This document shows positions 50,485 to 61,942 of a DNA stretch of 64,000 bases, in pieces. Under the pieces are notes generated by a model. That model was not told the DNA's origin. It made no database searches and saw only the letters and a list, made by a program, of their open reading frames with translations. Origin of the DNA: Heterodontus francisci (lineage: Eukaryota); assembly GCF_036365525.1 (NCBI RefSeq), contig NC_090399.1, positions 31,032,430 to 31,096,429 of the forward strand, read 5' to 3'. The stretch's first letter is position 1; each line of letters starts with the position of its first letter. A program made the position numbers and the translations under genes.

Positions 50485-50859
50485 AGATTGGTTTGTCAGA
50501 ATTAGAAAAAAAGTTCTTGCTTGCTACTGTAAGGTTGGTCCCTGGTCCATATTTTTCCCCATATGTCACGTACTCCACTTTGCAATAATACGTTCCGGAA
50601 TCATTCAACTTGGTGTCTGTTATTTTTAATGAGGCATCTTTCCTTGCTTTGAAGGCCTCCGCTCCTGCTGAAAACACACGTCCTCTGTACTGTGACGTTT
50701 TATTGGATACTTCAGTTCCACCCTGGATGTTTCGGTACCATTTGTATGCGCTTATCCCGGTTGGACCATGATATGTGCAGTGTAGGTCCACAGTTTCGCC
50801 TTCAGATGTAATAATCAAGGGTGGGCTCTGAATCACGGTGATATTTCCAAACGTTAGTG
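50485..50859 (-). CDS. NCR3: NKp30/NCR3-like receptor gene A, VJ-type Ig V-set exon
   Basis: Acceptor ttttctatttcataacAG, donor GTAAGT, 375 nt, phase 1/1. Canonical V-set residues (LHC, YKWYR, DSGTYYC) plus J-like YGPGTNLTV in the same exon. GTEVSNKTSQYRGRV and YYCKVE resemble NKp30 GKEVRNGTPEFRGRL and YVCRVE. N-glycosylation sequons NIT, NKT, NDS, NLT. A weaker upstream GC donor (also phase 1) cannot be excluded. Confidence 0.92.
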
Positions 50860-50941
50860 CTGTTATGAAATAGAAAACTATCTGACATGAAGAATCCGCC
50901 AATGATAAAAAAAACACACATAAAGACAGAAATATGGGAAA

Positions 50942-51127
50942 ACAGGTTAGAAATTTAACTTGGCTGACAGCGCCAAGCACCGCTATCTATTTGGCCATCG
51001 GTTACATTCCCCGTCTGTTATTCAGTTCATTGACTGCAATCGCGTTCAATATTGAGCGCAGTGCATAAATCGCGGCCAACTGAATACTGCTCACTTTGCA
51101 CCATGGCCCAACGCGATTTTCTACCTC
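50942..51127. mobile_element. Decayed MITE-like element related to 48334-48521
   Basis: Ends ggttagaaattt...gattttctacc and central cattgactgcaat motif similar to the 48.3 kb copy. Confidence 0.45.
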
Positions 51128-51689
51128 GAGGTCAGTCAAAATCTAAAAGAAAAAACAGAAATTAACATTTTGAGAGGAATTCCTCATCAGAACAGGCGAG
51201 GGCTCACCCTTTCGCTAACGTTGCCTTTTCTCTACTATATATTAACTAACCCATGGTGCAGTTCCAGCATTCCGATTTTTTTTGCTTAAATATTGCCAAA
51301 TTGTGAGCTGCTCTCTGTGCCGTTCTCCATGAAAATATGATAGAGGAATTAACATAAGGAAAGTCGATTCACTGTAGATAAATGCTTCAGCAGAATCTTC
51401 CAAAACCCTCAATTCTGGCTGGAGCCTGGGTCGCATGAAACAAATTATATAATTGTATTGTCCAGTGTTTTGTGTTGATTGACATTAATGGGCGGGACAT
51501 ATGACTGACAGGGAAATAACTACTGCCCCACATTAAGCTATGGTCCCTCAGACATCATAATACATACACATCTTACCTTGAAGCTATATAGTCTCTTGGA
51601 AGAGGCGAAAACAAAGCAATAAAAATCTAACAGATTATGGGTAAAAATCTGGAACATTACAAAACTAGTCGAGGAGACTACCTTGGCCC

Positions 51690-53120
51690 TGATTAATCTT
51701 ACCACAATATCTTCCTCTTGTACGAGGTGATCTCCGCACAAGCCAGAAAAAGGTTCATCTCTCCTTGTAGGATTTCACTGTTCACCACATGGAGCTGCAA
51801 TCTGTTCCACAGTTTCACTATTCTCGGGGAAAGGTAGAAGCTTCTAAAATTGAACTTTCTTCTGTTTTCACATAACTTGAAAGCATAGCCCATCATCCTT
51901 CCTAAACCCTTAGTTGAAACAATGCATACAAACAAAATCCAATCCCTCCGTCATTTTCTGAACGCCGATCAAATCTCTCCTCAGTCTATGCTTATCTCAA
52001 ATGTAGATGGACCCAACACTTTGATCCTATCTGGGAATCTGGTATGTTGTTTTAGATTGGGAATTAAACTTGTTACCCCCCCCACCCCCAAACCTCCCCC
52101 ACCACCCAACACCTTTTCCAAAACCTTAATATCATCAATCATGTGAAGAGATCAAAACCTGAGGCAGAATTCTAATTGATGTCTGAGGAAGGTCTTGAAC
52201 AAATGCAACATAGTCTGCTGTGTTTGATAGTGAATTGTCCTTGAAATACACCATGGCATACAATTCACAGCATTCGTGATTCAACTTGAGAAGTTTATGC
52301 GCAAGATTCCTCAGATCTCTTGCATTTACCGCGATGTTTAGTTACTTTCTTTGTAGGGTGTATGTAAATTCAGCATTTGACACGCCCACATGAATAATAA
52401 CGCTGCACTTTTCTAAATTAATTATCATTTGCCAGTCACAGGCGTCTAAATCGTCTAGTATCTAAGTCGTCGAGTATCCACTGTTGTACTTAGATTCTTG
52501 ATAAGTAAGGGGGTGAAAGGTTATCGACGGTAGGCGCGAATTTGGAATGATCTTGTTGAATGGCGGGGAAGGCTTGAGCAGCTGAGTGGCCTACTCCTGC
52601 CCCTAATTCATATGTTCGTATCTCGTGACTTTCGCACATATCTTGGGTATAGTCCACTGTAATCTTGCAGGTCATTACCCCACGCCTACAGCTAGATTAT
52701 TAGTGAAAATATTAAATAGCAACAGTCCTAATGCCAATTACTGCAAGGCATTACTGCAAGGTCCCACTGCTCTCCAATTGGATGCAAATTGATCACGAAC
52801 CATTTTCTGCCTACAGGCTTTCAGCCAGTTTTCAATCCTTCAAGGTAGATGACTACTAATTGCAGGAAATTCAATCGTGTATGTGGCACTTTATCAATAA
52901 CTTGATGAAACGAGACAACATCTAGTGGGTTCCCCTCATCAAATATCCTGCTTGGCTTCTTCTAAAAATATATATATTTTTGGTAAGACAAGACTTTTTC
53001 CCGAGGCTATACTGAGTGTCGTTGATATGGCCTCATCCACCTAAACAATCAAGCAGTGCATCTTTCTTTATCCCCTCAAGAATCGTCACTATGATCAATG
53101 TCAGGCTAGCGGTTCTAGCG
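51690..53120. mobile_element. Old CR1-type LINE debris
   Basis: RIVKLWNRL on the minus strand; short + strand CR1 3'UTR at ~52490-52620; decayed minus RT fragment ~52700-53120. Confidence 0.55.
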
Positions 53121-53624
53121 TTGCACAAATCTTTTTTCATAGTTCAATGACATTATGTGGGCGCCATTGCCAAGACTATCTGTAATTGCTTTCTTGAATA
53201 CAACTGGGTTTATGATGGAAGTTAAGAGACAACGTCCATTGCTGTGGGACTGGAGTCACAGATAGTCCAGACCAGATCAGGCCAGCAGATGTCTTTTCCC
53301 AATGGACGTTATTGAACCAGGCGTGTTTCCATGCCAATCCAATTACAATTATAGATACAAAAACAAATTACTGCACATGCTAAAATTTTGAAACAAAAAC
53401 AGAAAATGCTGGAAATACCCAGCAGATCAGGCACACCTGTGGGGAGAAAAACAAAGTCAACTTTACAGGTCGATGACCTTACAGCAGAACAATTACAGTT
53501 ACTAGTTTCTTAATTCCAGATTTATTTAATTGAATTTAAATTGCCTAGCTGCCATAATGGGATTATGAACTCATGACTTTGGATTACTAGTCCAATAAAT
53601 TAACCACTCTGCCAACATATCCCA

Positions 53625-54750
53625 TAACAAAATTAGAGCACATAGGATTGGGGAGAATATACTGGCATGGATTGAGAATTGGTTAATGGTCAGAAAACAG
53701 ACAGTAATAAACGGGTCATTCTTCAGTTGGCAGGCTGTGACTCGTGGAGTACCACAAGGATCAGAGCTTGGGCCACAGCTATTCACAATCTAGATCAATG
53801 ATTTGGATGTGGGGACCAAATATAACATTTGCAAGTTTGCTGATGACACAAAACTAAGTGGAAATGTGAGTTGTGCAGAGGATACAAAGGGGCTTCAAAG
53901 GGATTTAGACAGGCTAAGTAAGTGGGCAAGAACATGGCAGCTGGATTATAATGTAGAAAATGCGAAGTTATCCACTTTGTAGGAAAAACAGAAATGCAGA
54001 GTTTTTCTTAAATGCCGAGAGATTGGGAAGTGTTGATGTTCAAAGGGACCTGGGTGTTTATGTTCATAAATCACTCAAAGCTAACATGCAGGTGCAGCAA
54101 GCAATTAGGAAGGCAAATAGTATGTTGGACTTTATTGCAAGAGGATTTGAGTACTGGAGTAATGAAGTCTTCCTGAAATTGCATAAAGCCTTGGTGAGAC
54201 CGCACATGGAGTATTGTGTGCAGTTTTGGTCTCCATTACCGAAGGAAGGATATAGTTGCAGTCGAGGAAGTGTAACGAAGGTTCACCAGACTGATTCCGG
54301 GGATGTCGGGGCCAATATTCTTTAGAGTTGAGAAAAATGAGAGGTGATCTCATTGAAGCATAAAAAATTCTTACAGTGTTCGACAGGGTAGATGCAGGAA
54401 GGATGTTTCCCCTGGCTGGGGAGGGCGGGGGGGGGGGGGGGGGGGGTGCGGGGCGGGGGGTGTCTACAATCAAGGGACAATTCTCAGATTAAACAGTAAA
54501 AAATTTAGGACTGCGTTGAGGAGGAATGTCTTCACTCAAAGGGTGGTGAATCTTTGGAATGTTGAGGTTCAGTCATTTCGTCTGATCGAGAGAGATCGAT
54601 AGATTGCTAGATATTAAAGATAGCAAGGGATATAGGGATAGTGTGGGAAAATACGGTTGAGGTAGAAGATTAACCATAATTTAGTTGAATGGCAGAGCAG
54701 TCTCGAGGGACCGAATGGGTTACTCTTGTTTCTATTTCCTATTTTCCTGT
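53625..54750 (+). mobile_element. Decayed CR1 LINE with poly-G expansion
   Basis: gtaccacaagga (VPQG), FADDTKL, LVRPHMEYCVQFWSP. Confidence 0.88.
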
Positions 54751-56056
54751 GTACCTTAATTCTCCTCTGTTTTAGAAATGGGACTATGTTTGCCTATTTC
54801 CAGTCGAAGGAAACAGGGCCAGATTCCAGCTATGCATTAAACAGAGGTTCACGCAGGACCTTGAGGACCCTCCTGTGGCTATGATCCTGGCCCGGAGTCC
54901 TGTCTATTTTAAGGCTGCTAAATGTTTCAAAACAGTGTGTTCAACTATATTAGTATTAAAAACTTTAATATTAACAGTACCATTCAATTCTGTCAGAGTG
55001 AAGACTGGTAAAAAAATAATCATTCCCTGACAGCTGAGTCGTGCTGAAACTTCCTCAGGTCTTTGTGACTCGTCGCACAGATGAAACACTTTTCCTATTG
55101 TTACAATAGTTGTCCACGATCATCTTTTCCATTAACTTTTCAGTTCAACTAATAGCAGTTTTTTTTTTTACCAGTTCCCGGCAGCTGTCTTGTCTTTACT
55201 TATAATAAACAAAAATAATTTTACTTGTGTCTTATTTGACTTTGTACATGACCGTTAGCCATTTTCTTTCTTACCACATTGCATTCTTCTGACTTTGGGC
55301 AGGTACCATGTTTAATTGTGTAATTTTGTTCTTAAAAACAACCCAATTATATTCCACATCAGTTTTCTCCACAGCTGGTGGGCTTGGCAATTTGACTGCA
55401 CCAAATTCTCTGCTATTTTCGTACCTCTGGTTCAACCTGCCTTTGTCTCAGCTGCATGCAAGGTCTGGAGCGTGCAGCAGGGCCTGGGACATACACACTG
55501 TTGTGTATTATAGACATAAGTAAACCTTTACATAAATTCATAAATTACCAAGACAAGTGAACTGCTTGTACATAACACAGCCACGGGCTATCTAACACGC
55601 TGTACGTACCAGAATTGTAAAGAATTCATAGGGTAAGTATAAGTTAACTGTTCATACCATAATCCTGTTTCGTACATTAAATGCAGTGATTTTATGAAGA
55701 CAACTTGTTCGACAAGACAGACTTACTCTGCATCCGATCTCAACTGTACTTGGCCTGAGAGTGAAGTTGATAACGACTAACCAGAGCGGGCATCTGTCCG
55801 TTTGATGAACATTTAGGTTAAAATGGACACGCTTAAAGACGTATATAAATAGAAATGGCTCAAACGAAGAGTGACTGATATTTAATACTGAAGGATTAAA
55901 GACACCAGGGGATAGTTTCCACGGATTGTCATGATGCCGGAGTGGGTCAGAGACGTTTTATAACATTGGAGTATGTAAATTTGAAAATAACGCATCTTAC
56001 AGTCGACATAATCGTGTTCAGCAAGTCATGAAACATACTTTTGCAAAACGGTTGTA

Positions 56057-57779
56057 CAAAGAACAAAGAACAAAGAACAAATAAAATTACAGCACAGGAA
56101 CAGGCCCTTCGGCCCTCCAAGCCTGCGCCGATCCAGATCCTCTATCTAAACATGTCGCCTATTTTCTAAGGGTCTGTATCTCTTTGCTTCCTGCCCATTC
56201 ATGTATCGGTCTAGATACATCTTAAAAGACGCTATCGTGCCCACGTCTACCGCCTCCGCTGGCAATGCATTCCAGGCACCCACCACCCTCTGTGTAAAGA
56301 ACTTTCCACGCATATCCCACCTAAACTTTTCCCCACTCACTTTGAACTCGTGACCCCTAGTAATTGAATCCCCCACTCTGGGAAAACGCTTCTTGCTATC
56401 CACCCTGTCTATACCTCTCATGATTTTGTACACCTCAGTCAGGTCCCCCCTCAACCTCCGTCTTTCTAATGAAAATAATCCTAATCTACTCAACCTCTCT
56501 TCATAGCTAGCGCCCTACAAACCAGGCAACATTCTGCTGAACCTCCTCTGCACCCTCTCCAAAGCATCTACATCCTTTTGGTAACGTGGCGACCAGAACT
56601 GCACGCAGTATTCCAAATGTGGCCGAACCAAAGTCCTATACAACTGTAACATGACCTGCCAACTCTTGTACTCATTACCCCGTCCGATGAAGGAAAGCAT
56701 GCCGTATGCCTCTTGACCACTCTATTGACCTGCGTTGCCACCTTCAGGGAACAATGGACCTGAACACCCAAATCTCTCTGTACATCAATTTTCCCCAGGA
56801 CTTTTCTATTTACTGTATAGTTCACTCTTGAATTGGATCTTCCAAAATGCATCACCTCGCATTTGCCCTGATTGAACTCCATCTGCCATTTCTCTGCCCA
56901 ACTCTCCAATCTATCTATATTCTGCTGTATTCTCTGACAGTCCCCTTCACTATCTGCTACTCCACCAATCTTAGTGTCGTCTGCAAATTTGCTAATCAGA
57001 CCACCTATACTTTCCTCCAAACCATTTATGTATATCACAAACAACAGTGGTCCCAGCACGGATCCCTGTGGAATACCACTGGTCACACGTCCCCATTTTG
57101 AGAAACTCCCTTCCACTGCTACTCTCTGTCTCCTGTTGCCCAGCCAGTTCTTTATCCATATAGCTAGTACACCCTGGACCCCATGCGACTTCACTTTCTC
57201 CATCAGCCTACCATGGGGAACCTTATCAAACGCCTTACTGAGGTCCATGTTTATGACATCTACAGCCCTTCCCTCATCAATCAACTTTGTCACTTCCTGA
57301 AAGAATTCTATTAAGTTGTTAAGACATGACCTTCCCTGCACAAAACCATGTTGCCTATCACTGATAAGCCCATTTTCTTCCAAATGGGAATAGATTCTAT
57401 CCCTCAGTATCTTCTCCAGCAGCTTCCCTACCACTGACGTCAGTCTCACCAGTCTATAGTTACCTGGATTTTCCTTGCTACCCTTCTTAAACAAGGAGAC
57501 AACATTAGCAATTCTCCAGTCCTCCGGCACCTCACCCGTGTTTAAGGATGCTGCAAAGATATCTGTTAAGGCCCCAGCTCTTTCCTCTCTCACTTCCCTC
57601 AGTAACCTGGGATAGATCCCATCCGGACCTGGGGACTTGTCCACCTTAATGCCTTTTAGAATACCCATCACTTCCTCCTTCCTTATGCCGACTTGACCTA
57701 GAGTAATCAAACATCTGGCCCTAACCTCAACATCCGTCATGTCCCTCTCCTCGGTGAATACCGATGCAAAGTACTCGTT
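56057..57779 (-). mobile_element. Young CR1 LINE, near-identical to 37978-39695
   Basis: 390-aa RT ORF almost the same as the 554-aa ORF; frameshift near 56710 and small deletion near 56515; same tail. Confidence 0.96.
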
Positions 57780-58117
57780 GTAGAATGTGATTCTATGTTA
57801 AACAGACGCAAAGTTGGTTCTGACTACTTCAGGGATCAGCCTTCGCCGTATTTCTACCCTCTGTCCTCGACTTCAAGGGTGACATTAACCCATTTGCTGC
57901 AAATGTATTAAAATCGAATTTAAATATAGCAGAAAGCATTGTCATACCACTTCGTTAGCATTCCTGTACTGATCGCTCCAGCTGTAATGCTTAACACTAC
58001 TTTTCAACATGATTGAAATTTCTCGTGTTTATATTGCATGGAGTCCTCCTGGCATTTAATCGTGAACAATCCACTTGAACATAATCAAATAGATTAAAAC
58101 GAGTTAAAACATCTCAC

Positions 58118-58160
58118 CAGAAAGAAGAATTGGCGTCCAGATCATTATGTTTGGATTCAT
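58118..58160 (-). CDS. NCR3: NKp30/NCR3-like receptor gene A, exon 1 (signal peptide)
   Basis: ATG at 58160 reads MNPNIMIWTPILLS+G then donor GTGAGA. Phase 1 matches the V exon acceptor, giving signal peptide MNPNIMIWTPILLSALTFG. The symbol denotes the family; strict orthology is not established. Confidence 0.8.
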
Positions 58161-59399
58161 TTCTGTCTGCGAGCCGCATAAACTCGATCTTATGGTGAAA
58201 GGATGCAGAAAAAATGGCCACTGCCTTTCTTTGTGAAGTTGACACTTGCCCAGGATGTGATGCAATGGAAGAAGTTGTTTAACACTAGGTCGCCATCTAT
58301 TTTGGTAGCCCTGGCTTTGCTGCTCTCTCTCGCTCGGCTATTTTCACTCTGTTTCCATGTCTTTCTCTCTGATCTGCAAATGTTCCTTTATTCCCTGAAG
58401 AACGAAAAACGCAGCTGCCAAAATACCGGAACAGGAACAGGACATTTTGGGAGTGCTCAACAGATCATTCAGTACATGCGGGGGGCCAGACAAGTTAACG
58501 TTTCAGATGTATCCCCTTCATCAGATGCATTTGCTTCCAGAATTTTCTGTTTTTATGTGTTTTTTTAAAGTCTAGCAGTAATAGTAATGTTCATATTCTT
58601 GCTGACTTCTTGCGATTCCATTTGATGTACTTTGGCGATTTTTATTTTATTAATATAAAAATGAAGCAGAAACAACCAATAGCATTATGTTTAAAATAAA
58701 GTAATGCATGAAATATCATCTGACCTCTAAGCATAATAATAGCTTTCCAAAAAGCTTAGCACAGAGACCCTATCAGAAAACCTACTTTTATTTTTAGAAT
58801 TAAATCTATTTTTTAACTCCTATTTCCTCAATCAGATAATTCCGCGAATAACCTTCCCAGTAAGCTTCATTGCTGCATGCAATTGGTCCGTTAGGGAAAC
58901 TTAAGTTTATGTTCTGTGATTTGATTGGTCCCTTAGGTGACACCAACGCTGAACCTCTTTTCAGTGAATTGGTCTGAAGCCTTGCGTTATGCTGCATAGC
59001 TGGAGATGAAATATTTTGTGAGATGAGATATTTAAAAGGAGCTGAGAGACCGAAAACCTGGGACTAGCTAAATATCATGGATAACCTCCCAACATGAGGA
59101 CCATTCAAAACAGCGAATCCCATTTCAACCTCCAATCGTCTCAAAAATTACACAGCCTTCTCACCTATTCCTCAGGACCGTGATGGTACGACTGATACAA
59201 ACTGCAACGCCAGTTCTCTTGGTTTCTGTTTTTAGGTTGTACCTTTTATTTGCTATCTTTGTTGAAATTTCCAATATCTTTCATTTTTTTTGATTATTGT
59301 CCGTCTCTAGCCAGCTTCTCTCCTTACTGACTACAATATTAACACGTTTCCCTTTTTCTCCAGTCTGTAATCTGCTTTCACCTATCCGCTTATCCTAAT

Positions 59400-61940
59400 G
59401 ACATAAGAAAAAGGAGCAGGAGTAGACCAGATGAACCCTCAAGCTTGAAGCGCCCTTCAGTAAGATAATGGCTGATCTTGGCCTTCAAAACAACTTTCCC
59501 GCCTGCTCCCCATATCGACTGATTCTCTGAGATACCAATAATCTGTCCATCTCAGTCATAGATTTCCTCAATGATAGAGCATCCACTACCCTCTGGGGAA
59601 GAGAATTCCAAATTCACAAAACTTTGAGGGAAGAAATTTCTTCTCATCTCATTCCTAAATGATCGTCCCTTATCCTGAAACTGTGCCCCCAATAAAGGCT
59701 AACTTGCCATTTGCCTTCTCCGTGTCTACCCTGTCAAGCCCCTTCAGAATCTTGTATATTTTAATGAGATCACCTCTCATTCTTCTAAACGCCAGGAATA
59801 TCGACCCAATTTACTCAACCTATCACCATAGGACAACCCTCTCATCTCAGGGATCAATCTAGCTAACCTTGGCTGTACGGCCTCCAATACAGGTATATCC
59901 TTCCTTAAATATGTGCACAGTACTCCAGATGTGGTCTCATCAAAGCCTTGTATAATTGCAGCAAGCCCTCTTTATTCTTGTACTACAATCAGCTTGAAGT
60001 AAAGACCAACTTGCCATTTGCCTTCCCAACTGATTGCTGTACCTGGATGTTAACGTTCTGTGCTCCTTGTATGAGGACATCCAAGTCGCTATGAGTATCA
60101 ACATTTACAAGTTTCAACCATTAAAAAAATCTGCTTTTCTATTCTTCTTACCAAAGTGAACAACTCACAATTCCCCACATTATAGTCCACCTTGCTTCCC
60201 ACTCAATTAACCTGTCTTACTGCCTTTTCAACCTCTTTGTGCCTTCGCAGCTTGCATTCTCACCTCGATTTCTATTTTCTGCAAACTTAGATATATTGCT
60301 CTCTGTCTCTTTATCCAAGTCATTAATGTAGATTGTAAATTGCTGAGGCGCCAGCACCGATCCTTGTGGCACTCCACTATTTACAGCTGGTCAATTTGAA
60401 AATACCATGTTTATGCTCAGCCTTTGCTTCCTGTCAGTTAACCATTTCTCTGCCCATTCTAATATACTGCCTCCAATTCCATGATCCCTTATCTTAGAAA
60501 CATAGAAACATAGAAAATAGGAGCAGGAGTAGGCCATTCGGCACTTTGAGCCTGCACTGCCATTCAATACGATCATGGCTGATCGTCCAAACTTAGTACC
60601 CTGTTCCCGCTTTCTTCCGAATCCCTTGATTGCTTTAGTCCTAAGAACTATATCTAACTCTTTCTTGAATATATTTAATGATTTGGCCTCAACTACTTTC
60701 TGTGGTAGAGAATTCCACAGATTCACCACTCTCTGGGTGCAGAAATCCCTCCTCAGCTCAGTCCTAAATGGCTTACCCCTTATCCTTAGATTGTCCTGGT
60801 CCCGGACGCCCCTGTCATCGGGAACATTCTTCCTGCATCTAGTCTGTCGAATCCTGTTAGAATTTTGTAGGTTTCTGAGAACCCCTCTCATTTTTCTAAA
60901 CTCTAGCGAATACAAGCCTAATCGATCCAATCTCTCTTCATACGTCAGTCCTGCCATACCAGGAATCAGTCTGGTGAACCTTTGCTGCACTCCCTCCATA
61001 GAAAGAACATCCTTCCTCAGATAAGGAGACCAAAATTTCACACAATACTCCAGCTGTGGTCTGACCAAGGCCTTGTATAATTGCAGCAAGACATCCTTGC
61101 TCCTGTACTCGAACCCTCTCGATATGAAGGCCAACATATCATATGGCTTCTTAACTGCCTCCTGCACCTGCACGCTTACTTTCAGTGACTGGTTCACAAG
61201 AACACCCAGGTCTCTCTGCACCTCCCCCTTTCCCAATCTATCGCCGTTCAGATAATAATCTCCCTTTCTGTTTTTGCTACCAAAGTGGATAACCTCACAG
61301 TTATCCTCATTATACTGCATCTGCCATGTATTTGCCCACTCACTCAACCTGTCCAAATCACACTGGAGCTTCTCTGCATCCTCCTCATAGCTCACACTCC
61401 AACCCAGCTTTGTGTCATCTGCAAACTTGGATATATTACATTTATTTCCTTCATCTATATCATTAATATATATTGTGAATAGCTGGGTCCTAGCACCGAT
61501 CCCTGTGGTACCCCACTAGTCACTGCCTGCTACTTGGAAAAAGACCCGTTTATTCCTTCTTTTTGTTTCCTGTCTGCCAACCAGTTCTCTATCCATTTCA
61601 GTACCTTACCTCCAATCCCATGAGCTTTAATTTTGAACGTTAATCTCTTATGCGAGACCTTATCGAAAGCCTTCTGAAAGTCCAAATGCACCACATCCAC
61701 TGGTTCTCCCTTAACTATTCTACTAGTTACATCCTCAAAAAATTCCAGTAGATTTGTCAAGCGTGATTTCCCTTTCGTAAATCCATGTTGATTTTGTCAG
61801 ATCATGTTACTGTTTTCCAAGTTGTCTGCTATTACATCGTTTATAATGGACACGAGAATTTTCCCCACTACTGATGTCAGGCTAACTGGTCTATAATTCC
61901 CTGTTTTCTATCTGCCTCCTTTTTTAAATAGTGGGCTTAC
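59400..61940 (-). mobile_element. Two stacked CR1 LINE fragments (older 59400-60490; younger 60495-61940)
   Basis: (catagaaa)n tail at 60495-60516 marks the junction; the 334-aa ORF reads through it. Confidence 0.88.
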
Positions 61941-61942
61941 AT

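Noticed and set aside
50485-50859. Rearranging TCR/Ig V segment
   Set aside because: The J-like strand is already fused, no RSS is visible, and the next exon is an NKp30-type TM rather than a C1 domain.
50477-50980. 167-aa ORF as a single-exon secreted Ig protein with its own hydrophobic N-terminus
   Set aside because: The N-terminal ~40 codons are intron (pyrimidine tract and MITE end) with a non-ATG start; a proper acceptor at 50860 and a phase-matched leader exon at 58118-58160 explain it better.
54416-54460. Poly-G/C runs (also 10470-10500, 23713-23750, 46827-46845) as functional G-quadruplex elements
   Set aside because: They sit inside decayed retroelements at pre-existing short runs, consistent with slippage expansion or homopolymer sequencing noise.
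60391-61395. 334-aa ORF as a novel fusion protein
   Set aside because: Chance read-through from one CR1 fragment across its tail into an older CR1 fragment.
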